Origin: Monocercomonoides exilis PA203
Lineage: Eukaryota > Protista > Preaxostyla
DNA: 64,000 nucleotides
Assembly: GCA_001643675.2 (NCBI GenBank)
Contig: LSRY02000008.1
Span: 186,001-250,000 of the forward strand
Direction: 5' to 3'
A program made the position numbers and the translations under genes. Of this stretch, positions 12,490 to 24,091 are shown one piece after another; the stretch's first letter is position 1, and the number at the start of each line of letters is the position of its first letter. The notes beneath the pieces are model-generated. The model was not told the DNA's origin and ran no database searches. It saw nothing but the letters and a program-made list of their open reading frames with translations.

Positions 12490-14340
12490 TCATCTGCTTC
12501 TCCCAAGGCGCGTCTGCATGTGCAGGTCCAGGAGAGTGAGCAGCCGCCGCGCATCAGTCGCCAGAAACCCTTCTGTGCTCGAGCGCACAATCTCCACCAG
12601 CTTCTTCCTCTCCACCGCACAGCACACGCACCGCCGCGTCCGCTCTCCTCCCCGCACAAACAGCACCCCCAGCACTTTCAGCGCCAGCGACGCCACAAAC
12701 GCCGATCGGTGCGCCATCAGCGCAGCACACGCAACGTGCACCCCGCTCTTCAGCAGATACACGTGGTTCTCTGCTGCCCCACACACATAGCACAGCGCAT
12801 CCAGAATCTCGCACAGTGTTGATGTTCTGCTGCCTTCTTCCTCTGCTTCTTCTGCTTCATCTTTCCTGTTCTTCCCGCTCCCGTCCAGCTGGCTGCACAA
12901 ATGCCACACGATGCGTGTGCAGCTGCGCGGAAGAGGCAGCTCGTCAAACAGCAGACACACAACGCACCCAGCACACGTCTTTTCCGTCTTGTCCTCTGCT
13001 CTCTCGAAATGCTCCATGAGCACATCCACCCCGCCTGCTGCCACAACAAACGGCAGATGGCAGTGCCCCCTCCGCTGCCTCTCAGCGCGCCCTGCCCTTT
13101 TCTCTCTGCCACAACAGTCGCGTCTTCTGGCATCGCATCCCCTGCTCAGCTCATTCTCTGCTGTTGTGCTGTGGGAGAACAGGTTTTCACACTCGACCTC
13201 TTGTTGTGCATGAATGGCTGAAGGACACGAGGCAGCCGATAAGCTGGCACTGCTCTGAATTGTTGTTGTTTTCCCTGAGCTTTCATCCGTTCCACAAGCA
13301 GTGTCACTGCAAGTTGAAGCAGTTGAAAAGGCTGTCTCCTTGCTGCTTTCGCATGTTCTCCTTTGTTTTTCTTCTTCTTCTTCTTCTCCTCCTTCTTCTT
13401 CTCCCTCCACAACTTCCTCATCGCTCCACTCTGCAATGTCTGCTGTCGTCACAAGCTCCAGCCGTCTCTTTTGTCGGTCTGCCCAGTCGTACACCATCCG
13501 CAGCGCCAGCCAGCTCACATCCTCCTCCCGGTGCAGCACAAGCGGCAGCACAGTCTCATACAGCCCGTCCCACGCAAACACAGACACCCCGCTCCACAGC
13601 CCCTGCCCCTCTGCTTGCTTCTTGTCCTCTTTCCCAACTCCAATCTTCGCACTCAAAAGCGCGTCCAATGCTATCAGCGCCTCGTACATGTTCAACGAAG
13701 ACGATGATGGCTGCGAAGTTGGCTCATCTCCCTCATCCTTTCTCTCTTCCTCTCTTCCATCTTCGCATCTGCCTTCTTCAGAGCAGCCACCTGCGTGTGT
13801 TCTGATCAGCAGAAGAAGCGAGCGCCCAAGTGTGCGGTACACAGACAGCGGCACAGGCCAATGCTCCTGCAAAGCCGAATGCTGGACGTGAGTGTCAGAA
13901 TAATGGCTGCTCTGCTCTTCCTTTTTGCTGGCACAATACATCTCGTCTGCAACAACAAGCACTTTTTCATCGCCTCTTTTGCTGCTGCCATCACCTTCGT
14001 CAAAGCCCTTTTCTTCTTCTCCTTCTTCCTCCTCCTCCCCATCCTCTCCAAACACCTTCGCCACCACCCCGCAGATCAGCTCTGCTGGCTGCGCAGCTGT
14101 GCATCTCCGCAGAATCCACCCGAAATGGTGCAGAACAGATGGCACCACAACCCCCCGCGCTGCTGACGCACTCATTCCGCTGATCTGCTCTGCCAGCCGC
14201 CGCAGCATCGAAACCAGAATTTCAGCCCCTCTGCTTGTCGGCAGTCCAAAAAACACATCGAAAAACGGGAGTGGCTCAAACACGCCACTCACTGGCAGGC
14301 TCCGCATCTCCAGCCACACTGCAATTGCAAATGCGCCCAA
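12490..14340 (-). CDS. ARM-repeat-like hypothetical protein (5' exons unresolved)
   Basis: 616-codon GC-rich ORF with armadillo-like segments (FVVAAGGVDVLMEHF, LLKSGVHVACAALM). There is no ATG at the ORF start, so it is probably spliced upstream. Confidence 0.6.
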   Translation of the reverse strand: MGAFAIAVWLEMRSLPVSGVFEPLPFFDVFFGLPTSRGAEILVSMLRRLAEQISGMSASAARGVVVPSVLHHFGWILRRCTAAQPAELICGVVAKVFGEDGEEEEEGEEEKGFDEGDGSSKRGDEKVLVVADEMYCASKKEEQSSHYSDTHVQHSALQEHWPVPLSVYRTLGRSLLLLIRTHAGGCSEEGRCEDGREEERKDEGDEPTSQPSSSSLNMYEALIALDALLSAKIGVGKEDKKQAEGQGLWSGVSVFAWDGLYETVLPLVLHREEDVSWLALRMVYDWADRQKRRLELVTTADIAEWSDEEVVEGEEEGGEEEEEEKQRRTCESSKETAFSTASTCSDTACGTDESSGKTTTIQSSASLSAASCPSAIHAQQEVECENLFSHSTTAENELSRGCDARRRDCCGREKRAGRAERQRRGHCHLPFVVAAGGVDVLMEHFERAEDKTEKTCAGCVVCLLFDELPLPRSCTRIVWHLCSQLDGSGKNRKDEAEEAEEEGSRTSTLCEILDALCYVCGAAENHVYLLKSGVHVACAALMAHRSAFVASLALKVLGVLFVRGGERTRRCVCCAVERKKLVEIVRSSTEGFLATDARRLLTLLDLHMQTRLGRSR

Positions 14341-14553
14341 TCCGCGTCAGATTCCAAAAGCAGCGTGAAAGAATGGAAGTTGTGTTGAAAGCAAAAAAAA
14401 AAAGAAAAAAATTGCGCAAACCTTCTAATTGCCAGTTGGAAGCATCCGTCGCAAAGCAAAACGGCAGCAGAAAAGCCAGCAGTCAATATCCGCCCACGAA
14501 AAAGTCGCCATTCCAAACGCGCCCCACACGCGCAGCCAAATCGAACAAAACAT

Positions 14554-15207
14554 TTACAGCAAGAGAGATTCATTCGTTGCAGAAAATGAGTCAAAATGAA
14601 ACGCACTTGTTCGCTTTTGCGCTGCCTCGTCCATCGCCAGCTCTTCTTCCTCTTCTTCCCCACCCTTCCCGCTTGCATCCATTTGCTCGTGAGCCTGTAT
14701 GTTAAAAATCAATTCCCAGGCACAAGCATGCAAACAAACGGATTGGCATTTGAATTTTGAGTAAAATAAGAGATGAAAAAAATTCAATTTGGCAAATAAA
14801 GCAGACAGAGCACCCACACACAAAAAATACAAAAAAACATAGAGTGCAAATATTTTGCTTTTGGCACACACATCAATCGCCTCCAGCACTTCTCGCGACT
14901 CTTTTTCAAATTCGGATATCTTTTCTGCCCACTCCTGCTCCAGCAATGCCTTTCTCGCCTCGTAGCGCTGCCCCAGCGCTTCTATTTCTTCCCTATGCTG
15001 CCGCTCCAGCTGCACCCTTTGCATCTCCACCAGCCGCCTCTCCACTTCCAAATACTCAAAACGCTGTTTTGCTTCTGCCCCGAAGCAGGCTGCCTCGGCC
15101 AATTCACCTGTCGACGTTGTACTTTTCTTTTCCTTTTTGTTCGGCCCGGACTCAGCACCCCAAATCACTTCGTCCCGCCCAGACAGCCCTTTTTCATTAT
15201 TTGCCAT
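14554..15207 (-). CDS. Paralog of the 3949-5425 coiled-coil gene (3' end uncertain)
   Basis: LEQEWAEKISEFEKES versus LEQEWSEKISQFEKES. Exon 1 (15207-14872) is 336 nt, as in the paralog. Intron at 14871-14695. Confidence 0.6.
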   Translation of the reverse strand: MANNEKGLSGRDEVIWGAESGPNKKEKKSTTSTGELAEAACFGAEAKQRFEYLEVERRLVEMQRVQLERQHREEIEALGQRYEARKALLEQEWAEKISEFEKESREVLEAIDVCAKSKIFALYVFLYFLCVGALSALFAKLNFFHLLFYSKFKCQSVCLHACAWELIFNIQAHEQMDASGKGGEEEEEELAMDEAAQKRTSAFHFDSFSATNESLLL

Positions 15208-15325
15208 TCGTTTTTTAATAAAGGGAAAATCACTTTCTTGTTCTTTGTTTTCTTTGGTGAATTGGGCACAAAAACACAAAACACTCACACGGCACACACA
15301 TCCACTGCCGCCGCTGTCCTGCCCC

Positions 15326-16083
15326 TCAGTTCTGCTTCTTTGCCTTGCTTTTCCCCTTTTTGCCTGTTTGCGCTTTTGCCTTCGGCTCCGCCTGTGGCTG
15401 CACCGACGACGCGTTTTTCGCCTTCCTGCTCCTTCCCTTCCACGGGTCCTTTCGCGGCAGCATCCGCGCCAGGTTCAGCGCCGGCATCACCAGCCACGGC
15501 ATGTTCAGCAGAATCACAAGCCTCAAGTTCTCCGGCCTGTGCACCCCATACACCTCCTCGCTCAGGATGCACAGCACATTGATGATCAGCGCGCTCGACC
15601 ACACGATGCTCACATCCCGGATCCACGCCCGCTTCCGCACAAACGCGTATATCGCAAAAACATAAAACGGCCCGAAAAACAGCGCATCCACCCATATCGT
15701 CGTCATCCAGAACGGCGGGCGCGCAATCAGCAGAGGGTCAAAGTTCTTCCCGTACCAGTGCACAAGGTCTGCCCAGCGCCGCCCCCGCCCAGTTTCCCAG
15801 CATGTGTTTTAAAAAGCCCGCAAAACATCACAATGAACTGCATCACCACCGAAAAAAACAAAGCACCCACACCTACCAAGCGCTTCGGAGGCCACCGCGG
15901 GTACTCGAAGTTCGACGGGTCTCTGATCGCAATCTGCTCGAAGTCTACAATATATGTTATCTGCGCCAAACACAGGTTAAGCTCATCGGCCCGCAGGACC
16001 AAACACGCTCAAAAACATACAAAAAACAGGTTGACCCCGAAGAACAAAACGAACACGTAATCTATCAGCCGCTGCAGCTTCAT
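15326..16083 (-). CDS. EXPERA-domain (TMEM97/TM6SF/EBP superfamily) membrane protein, 197 aa
   Basis: Exons 16083-16021, 15960-15873 and 15768-15326 splice in frame. Motifs include WYGKNFDPLL, IWVDALFFGPFY and NMPWLVMP; about four hydrophobic helices; C-terminal KKQN (KKxx). Confidence 0.8.
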
Positions 16084-16396
16084 TTCTGCTTCTCTGCCCC
16101 ATACTTTTCTCTTTCTCTCCCAATTCCCATCAAAAACACACACCACAAAAATGAAAAAGAAAGCCAAGAATAAAAAATAAAATAAAATAACAAAGGCATT
16201 TCTCTCACTTTCCGCTTGTTTCTCAAAACATCATCAACACAAAAGCATGAAAACATTTTTATAAATGAAATGACAACAAACAAATTAAACATGTGACAAA
16301 TACGAAAATGTGAAAAACACAAAAACGCAAAACTAGCAGTCACAAGTGCGCTACGCAAAATAATGACAATAAAACAAAGGAAAGCTCTTTGGGTAT

Positions 16397-17396
16397 TCAG
16401 GGCAGTGCCAGAGGCGGGTCGTTGCTTGTTGGCTGGGCTGGCGCCTCTTTGCCCAGCTCTCCAGCTTCTGGCATTGCTGGTGGCGAATATGCAATGTTGG
16501 CCGCCGGCTCTGCTGGATATGCTGCAGACACGTTCTGCACAACTGCCCCGCCAGTCGTGTACCCTGGTGCATATCCTGGTGCATATCCCTGTGCGTATCC
16601 TGGTGCGTATCCTGGCGCCTGGTTCGGGAACATGGCTGAGCGGAGAGCTCTCCGCGATCCATAGTTCACCCCTCCCCTGTTCCCCCGCCGCATCAGCAGG
16701 TCCATCTGGTGGAACTGCGCTGCCACCTGCACATCCCCCGGCCGAGTGCGCGCGATAAAGTCGTTGACCGCGCCGCTCAGCCTTTCCACATCGTCTGCCG
16801 AGAATGTCGACATCACAGAAACAAACACCCCGCTCTTCTTCACCACCCGCAGCCCCATCGAGCAGCACACCGGGCATGCAAACACCCCGCACATCTCCTC
16901 GAACCGCAGCTGCTGCTGCCGCATCTTCCGCACTCCGCAGCAGCAGCAGCAGCAGCTGTGCAGACACGTCCTCCGCTGCTCAATCCTCAGCACCTGCTCC
17001 CGGAAGTCTGCCACAAGCACTGCCTGCTTGTCCTGGCACATCAGCACCAGCCCAAACACCAGCGACACAATCGCAAACGCAAGAAACACCCCCAGAAACG
17101 CAACCCCCAGCAAAACGGTTATCAGCACCGTCCCGACCGTGAACAGCACCCCCAGCAGCAGCAAGATGAACGACAGCTGCCAGCACCCGCTTCCTGCGCC
17201 AGGCCATCCGCACGCACAAAGAAGGTCGCCAGCACACCCAATTATTAATCAAACACAAAACACATTTGCTGTGAAAAAACAACGAAAGCTCCTGAGATGA
17301 CAAACCTTTCCCAACTATTCGATCTGCAAATGCACCTTCCCCTTGCTGCACAGCAGGCTGTGCATTTAATGCGTTCTGTGCTTGTTGATTCATCAT
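16397..17396 (-). CDS. Two-TM membrane protein with poly-Cys tract and (APGY)n tail
   Basis: Exon 1 is 17396-17306, followed by a phase-1 intron at 17305-17194. Hydrophobic hairpin, then CCCCCC and CPVCC, then PGYAPGYAQGYAPGYAPGY. Confidence 0.7.
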
Positions 17397-20208
17397 TTAA
17401 ACTCGCTTCTGCAATAGATTATGAATTGCTCGATCACACCCAGCATTACTTGATTTTGGAGATAAAATTGATTAAAACATCAACTTTGAATATTGAATCA
17501 ATCATAAAGATAAGGAGATGTTTATGTTGTTTTATTGATATATAAATGTTGGAATTTCTTTTATTTTTTATTATTATTATTATTATTACTGCTGAAATCT
17601 TTTTTTTTTTTAACAGATTTTTTTGTAATAAAAAGAAAATGTTTTTTATTGTTTTGTCACCATTCTGCAATATTCTTGAAAATCAAATTGGTTCAAATGA
17701 ATGAAAATTTTTAGAAATTGAAAATTTTTTGTTTCAAAAAATAAATTTTTTAAAATTATAAAATCAATTTTCGATGATGTGATTTTTCATTTTCTGAATA
17801 AAAATTGAATGCTTGTTGTTTTCAATATTTTTCCAATTTTTATGATAAAAATTTGAATAAGTGTTTTTCTTATTGAAAAGTTGCAAATGCTCAATTTTCA
17901 GGTTTAAAAAAAATAGAAATTTTTTTCATGAACGTTTGTTTTTCTAAGGAAAAATGAACACTATATCTTATTGGGACAATGAAAAATTTCCAATGTTCAA
18001 TAACCAGCTATCTGTTCAATATTGAAAGTTCTATTGAAAGAATTCTAGGGAAAATGAATATATTCAATAACCCTGAAAACATACACATGCAACTTTTCAA
18101 AAAAAATTACATACATGTGGGACAAAATATTTGACTTCAGGCATTTTCATTAAAAAATTATGCATCTTGGATGATCTTTTTGTGATTAAATAATTTGAAG
18201 AAAATGGGTTTATTTTTTGAAATACGTTTGAGGAAGCAAAACATAATGTTATTATATAAATGATGTTTGTTTATAGATATGAAAATCATATTTATTTTGA
18301 AATCTGGCTAAGTTCAAAAATGTTGTAAGTGAAACAGTTTTTTCATGCTTTGTGCATAAAAAGCTTGAAAGCCCATATTTTCCCCCATGTGTTATTCCAT
18401 AATTTCTTATATATCTCTTTGATTGACAAATTTGATTCTTAAAAACAGAAATCGCTCAAAAGAAAAAATAAAAATAAATATAATCTTGAAATGACTTTTT
18501 TCACACAGAAAAATAAATGGAAACATAATTCAAGTCTGATTCAAATAGAAATAGAAAATAAAACGTATTTTGATTTGTGCAAGAATCACAAACATTTTCT
18601 CACAAACCTATTCAAATATTTAAATTCAGCAAACAAAAATATCAAGAACATGTTTTTTTTGACAATTTTTGGGTGATTATTATTGAAATCATGTTTATTC
18701 TGTCAAAATATTTTGTTTTTGAACTTGTTTTGCCTTCTTGTTTATGAACATTGGAAAGTGATTTCATTATCAACAAAAAATTTTTCATGAATGCATCTCA
18801 AACGAATGTTTTTGTGACAAATGCAATTCATAAAATATGGATATGATAGTTATCCAGCCATCCCCAAAAGCATATTTCAAATTCAACACACAGAAAAAAG
18901 TAATTATTATGAAAAAGAATAACCAGTGAATTCATTTCACAACAAAAAAGAATATCATTTCCTCCAACAAAAAGCAATTTGAAAATGTTAAAGAATAACA
19001 ATTTTTTTATTTTTTAGAAAAATTGAGAAAGAAAAAAATTAAATAAAATAATTGACTGTTTGCTATTATTCAAAAGATGTTTCTCATTTTTCCAAATATA
19101 TTATTTTTTATCATTAAGTATTTTTCATTAAAACTTCTGTTCCTTCATTATTTCAAACAAAAAAGGCAATCTTTGTTTCACTGTTTGTAATTCTGAGTGA
19201 AATGCACTTATTGTCTTTGAATCGCTGAAATGAAAAATAATGCTTCATAAACATCACCATTTGTTGCAAACACAGTTCAGGAAAGTTCCTTTTCGTTTCA
19301 ATCCTTCATCTTCCTCTTTTATTTTTCATTTATTCATGTTTTATTTCATTTGTTTATTTTTCTCTTTGTCTTTCTTTTCCTTTTCATCTTTTTGATAATC
19401 CTCTCATTTTCACAATTAATTTTTCGACTTTCACTTCTAATTCTGAATGATGCTGAGAATCACATTCATTTCCTGTCCATTTGCTCTGAACATTCACATT
19501 TTCCATTCAAACATCTTTTTTCTCTCTTTTCTCTCTTTTTCCCTTTCGCTTTTGTCTTTTCATTCAGCCATTTCTTTTCCAAAGGCAGCATTTCAGCCTC
19601 TCTTCAGAATATACATGTTCTCCATCAGAGTGAATGGCATTTATCTTTCCCTTCTCTTCTGCCATACACTCAGACACACACACACACGCACACTCACTCA
19701 CTCACTCAACTGTTGCTGTGACTGATACAAATGAATGCATCCCTGAGGAGATTTGAAATGTGAATGAAAAAATAAAAAAGAAATGACTTGGTTAAAAGAA
19801 ATGTCTGAATTCAATTTTTCGAATGTTTCTGAGAGTTTTGGTGCAAAAGCAAAAGAGCAGAAAATATAAGACTCATCATTAATTCACAGGTTTGCTATTT
19901 TTCACAACTTGGCTTTTCATTTTCATTCACTTATAATTTGTTAAATGAACGTCAAAAAAAATAAAAATATGAATAATTAATCTTGAATTTTTTTCTGTTT
20001 TGAAAAAATTGTTTGAATAACAAAATACCACACTGCCAAAAATCATGCAATCACTTTATGCTCATTTTCTTATTTATTTAAAAAATAAGTTTATTTCAAA
20101 ATATTACTAACATTTTTGATCATATATATAATAATTATTTGAAGACTTTTTTTTAAAGATTGACATTTTTTCTGCTTTTATTGCAGGGCGAGCAGCAAAA
20201 CTGAAGCG

Positions 20209-22677
20209 TTGAGCGGTAAAATAAGATATACAACAGATATGCAAAAATTGAAAAGTGATCCATTGAAAAGGGACAAGGATGGAAGAACAGAAGCAATGCG
20301 ATGGATTATTGAGAAAATGACAGAACCTCCGTTGAAAATGAGACATGAAACAACGCTTCATGATAAAAATGGTTGGACAATGGCAATGCTGTGGATTGGA
20401 TTTACCCATACGGAACCTCCACAATGGATGAGACATGAAAGTTCACTTCGCAACAATTATGGATCGACAATGGCAATGAAGTGGATTCAATTTGTGAAGA
20501 AAGACCCACCAATATGGATGAGACACGATAAAACTCTTGGTGATGAATATGGTGCAACAATGGCAATGATATGGATTCAATACGTTAAAACAGATCCTCC
20601 AGAATGGATGAGACATAATATTACACTTAGCAACAAATTTGGGTCAACCATGGCCATGCTATGGATTAATAATGTCAAAACAGAACCACCGGAATGGATG
20701 AGACATGATAATGCATTTCGCAACAATTATGATTTAACAATGGCTATGATATGGATTGAATGTGTGAAGACAGAACCACCGGAATGGATGAGGCACGATA
20801 AAACTCTTGGTGATGAATATGGTGCAACAATGGCAATGATATGGATTGCATTTTTGAAGACAGAACCACCAGAATGGATGAGACACGATATAACACTTGG
20901 AAAAAGAAGCTGCGGAACAATGTCCATGCATTGGATTGAATATGTAAAGACAGAACCTCCAGAATGGATGAGACACGATATTACAATAAAAGGAGCTATT
21001 TGGGAACGAACAATGGCCATGTTTTGGATTGAATATGTGAAGACAGATCCACCTGAATGGATGAGACATGATATAACACTTCGCAACAATTTTAAATCAA
21101 CGATGGCTATGTTGTGGATTCAATTTGTTCAAACAGAGCCACCCGAATGGATGAGGCATGATATTACTCTTGGAAATAAGAATGGAGAAACGATGGCAAT
21201 GAAGTGGATTGAATATGTCAAGACAGAGCCACCAGAATGGATGAGACACAACAATGAAATTGCTGACAAAGAAGGGCGGACAATGGCCATGCACTGGATT
21301 GCAATCGTCAAAACAGAACCTCCTTTATGGATGACAATGGATAACACACAAGGCAACAATGATGGGAGGACATTGTCAATGAAGTGGATTGAGGAGAAAA
21401 AGAAGGAACCTCCTGAGTGGATGAGGCATGATATTTCGCAAGTGGACAAGGATGGAAAAACAATGGCAATGTACTGGATAAAACATACAAAAACAGAGCC
21501 ACCAGAATGGATGAGACATGATATAACACTTGTTGATAATAACGGAAGAACAATGGCCATGATGTGGATCACAAACGTCAAGACAGCGCCTCCGGAATGG
21601 ATGAGACATGATATTACACTTGTTGATAATAACGGAAGAACAATGGCCATGATGTGGATTGAATATGTGAAGACAGAACCACCAATGTGGATGAGACATG
21701 ATATTACACTTCGCAACAATAATGGTGCAACGATGGCTATGTTGTGGATACGTGATGTTCAAACAGACCCACCTGAGTGGATGAGGCACGATATTTCACA
21801 AAAAGATAACAAAGGAGAAACAATTGCGATGAAATGGATTCAATATGTGAATTCAGAACCGTCAAAGTGGATGAGGCATGATATTTCGCAAGTGGACAAG
21901 GATGGAAAAACAATGGCCATGCAATGGATTTCAAATGTGAAAGCTGAATTACCAGAATGGATGACTCATGACATTACACTTCGCGATAGCGATGGAGAGA
22001 CAATGGCATTGTTGTGGATACGTGACGTTAAAACAGAACCATCTGAATGGATGAGACACGATGCAACACTTACTGATAAGGACGGATTTACAATGGCAAT
22101 GATATGGATTAAATATGTGAAGACAGAACCACCGGAATGGATGAGGCATGACATTACACTTCGCAACAATTTTGAATCAACAATGGCCATGCTGTGGATC
22201 AAATATGTGAAGACAGAGCCACCAGAGTGGATGGCTCATGAAATTACGCTTCGCGATAGCGATGGAGAAACAATTGCAATGAATTGGATTAAATATGTCA
22301 AAACTGAACCTCCTGAGTGGATGAGGCATGATAATGAACTTGCTGATAAAGAAGGACGGACAATGGCGATGAAGTGGATTCAGTTAACTGAAACTGAACC
22401 ACCAGAATGGATGAGACATAAAAATGAATTTAAGGATAAGGATGGAGAAACAATGGCAGATTATTGGGAAAGATTTGTTAAAAGCGAGGTACCGGAATGG
22501 ATGAAGTGTGATGAATTAATTTCCACTGATGAAGCTCTTGATGAAATTGATGTTGAAGTTTCAAGTGAAACTGATGATGAAGGGATGACAGAGATAATGG
22601 ATTTGATCAAAGAAATGTTACAAAAGCATCAGAACAGAAGTGGAAAGAAAATACACGTAGCGATAAAAGTCGAATAG
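20209..22677 (+). CDS. Tandem-repeat protein with 25 x 30-aa repeats (consensus GxTMAMxWIxxVKTEPPEWMRHDxxLxxxx), loosely ankyrin-like
   Basis: Intact 822-codon ORF; first ATG at 20239, with a possible acceptor AG at 20185-20186. The 90-bp periodicity spans about 20281-22510, followed by an acidic then basic C-terminal tail. Confidence 0.85.
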   Translation: MSGKIRYTTDMQKLKSDPLKRDKDGRTEAMRWIIEKMTEPPLKMRHETTLHDKNGWTMAMLWIGFTHTEPPQWMRHESSLRNNYGSTMAMKWIQFVKKDPPIWMRHDKTLGDEYGATMAMIWIQYVKTDPPEWMRHNITLSNKFGSTMAMLWINNVKTEPPEWMRHDNAFRNNYDLTMAMIWIECVKTEPPEWMRHDKTLGDEYGATMAMIWIAFLKTEPPEWMRHDITLGKRSCGTMSMHWIEYVKTEPPEWMRHDITIKGAIWERTMAMFWIEYVKTDPPEWMRHDITLRNNFKSTMAMLWIQFVQTEPPEWMRHDITLGNKNGETMAMKWIEYVKTEPPEWMRHNNEIADKEGRTMAMHWIAIVKTEPPLWMTMDNTQGNNDGRTLSMKWIEEKKKEPPEWMRHDISQVDKDGKTMAMYWIKHTKTEPPEWMRHDITLVDNNGRTMAMMWITNVKTAPPEWMRHDITLVDNNGRTMAMMWIEYVKTEPPMWMRHDITLRNNNGATMAMLWIRDVQTDPPEWMRHDISQKDNKGETIAMKWIQYVNSEPSKWMRHDISQVDKDGKTMAMQWISNVKAELPEWMTHDITLRDSDGETMALLWIRDVKTEPSEWMRHDATLTDKDGFTMAMIWIKYVKTEPPEWMRHDITLRNNFESTMAMLWIKYVKTEPPEWMAHEITLRDSDGETIAMNWIKYVKTEPPEWMRHDNELADKEGRTMAMKWIQLTETEPPEWMRHKNEFKDKDGETMADYWERFVKSEVPEWMKCDELISTDEALDEIDVEVSSETDDEGMTEIMDLIKEMLQKHQNRSGKKIHVAIKVE

Positions 22678-24048
22678 TGAAGGGAATAACGCAGATTTAT
22701 TGGTTGAAGTGAGATCCATTGCCATCACGAATGAAACAATGCATTTCAGCTGAAGACGAAGGCGAGAGGGCGAGAGTTGAATTAGATACACCAGAAATGG
22801 AAGAAGACTGATAATACCGCAAGAGTGATTGAATCATTTGCATTGAAGATATTATTTCTGAAGCATTGAGCAAACGAACCAACAAATTTGCATGTGTGTA
22901 AATAAAGGCTGTTTAGCAACATTTCTAAATTCATGATTTTTCTTTTTTTTCTTCTCTCCTTCTTTGAAGGCACTTTTTCTGTTTCAACAAATACTTGGAC
23001 ATGCTTCGAAGATATCTCATTTTGATCTCCTTTCGATTTGCTTTCGATTGTTTTTTCATTTCAGCAGAACAATTGAAGCTGTTCATTTCAAAGTTTTTAT
23101 TTTTGTTGATTTTTCAAAATATATCTTTTCAATTTTTATTTGATTTTGTAAACAATGAATGACAAGCTCAATTCAAATCATCTTATTTTCTTTCTTTCTT
23201 TTCTTCTTCTTCTTTCTTTCTCTCATTTTTTCAATTTGCCAACGTAACCGAAAATTCACTTTGGCATTTTGAAAATGAAATGAGCATTTCTGTGATTTGG
23301 AGTTGAGAGAACTGTTATTTTCGGTTGTTGTGCTTTGACGATTTTGTTGCAGCCATTTTGATCAGATTCAACAGTTGCGATTCAGTTAATTATTGAGTCA
23401 TATCTGTTCATTTTTTGGAATTGAAAGTGTTTCGTTGCTGTCTTGCAAAAAACGCAGGACGTTCTCAAAGACAACATGAACTTTGACATTCAGATGCTTC
23501 ATTTGATTTCACACGAAGTGACGATTTTGAGAAAGACATAACAAATATCTGTCAGTGTCACATTAATGATTTATAAAAAAAAGCTTCGAAGAAATACACA
23601 TTTTTATATCGCATTGACAAATCACATTACACAATAATATGGGGAAAAATTTTTTCCTTTAGGACTTATGTTCCACCCATTATTTAAAAATTATATTTTC
23701 AATATTCTTTATTGTTTATTTCAGAATGTTTATTTATTCAATATCAAACAATATTAATATCTGTTTCGAATCCAATTATTTTCATTTTTTAAGTTTTTTT
23801 ATCAGAAAAAAATTATAACTCACTTTCCTGGGAAACTAATTCTGAGCCCAAACTCTGCAAGTTATTTTCTTTTTTAAAAAAATTGAAAATAACAGGATAG
23901 AATTAGTCTAGCTCTCAACCTTGATTTTTTGAAAAAAATTAAGGAATCATTGAGAAAGCAAAAGTGAGTTACAATTTTTTTTCGAATATGAAATATTTTT
24001 GCAAATAAGTTTTATTCATTTGGAGTTTATTTGAAAAATTTGACAATC

Positions 24049-24090
<42 letters not shown>

Positions 24091-24091
24091 A

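Noticed and set aside
20281-22510. CRISPR array or true TAL effector
   Set aside because: The repeats are coding with synonymous variation, and the sequence does not resemble the 34-aa LTPEQVVAIAS TALE repeat. Only the logic is analogous.
24055-24088. Poly(A) tract as a retroelement tail
   Set aside because: It is poly(T) relative to the adjacent transposase, with no TSD or RT. Similar runs occur elsewhere (about 9170-9206).
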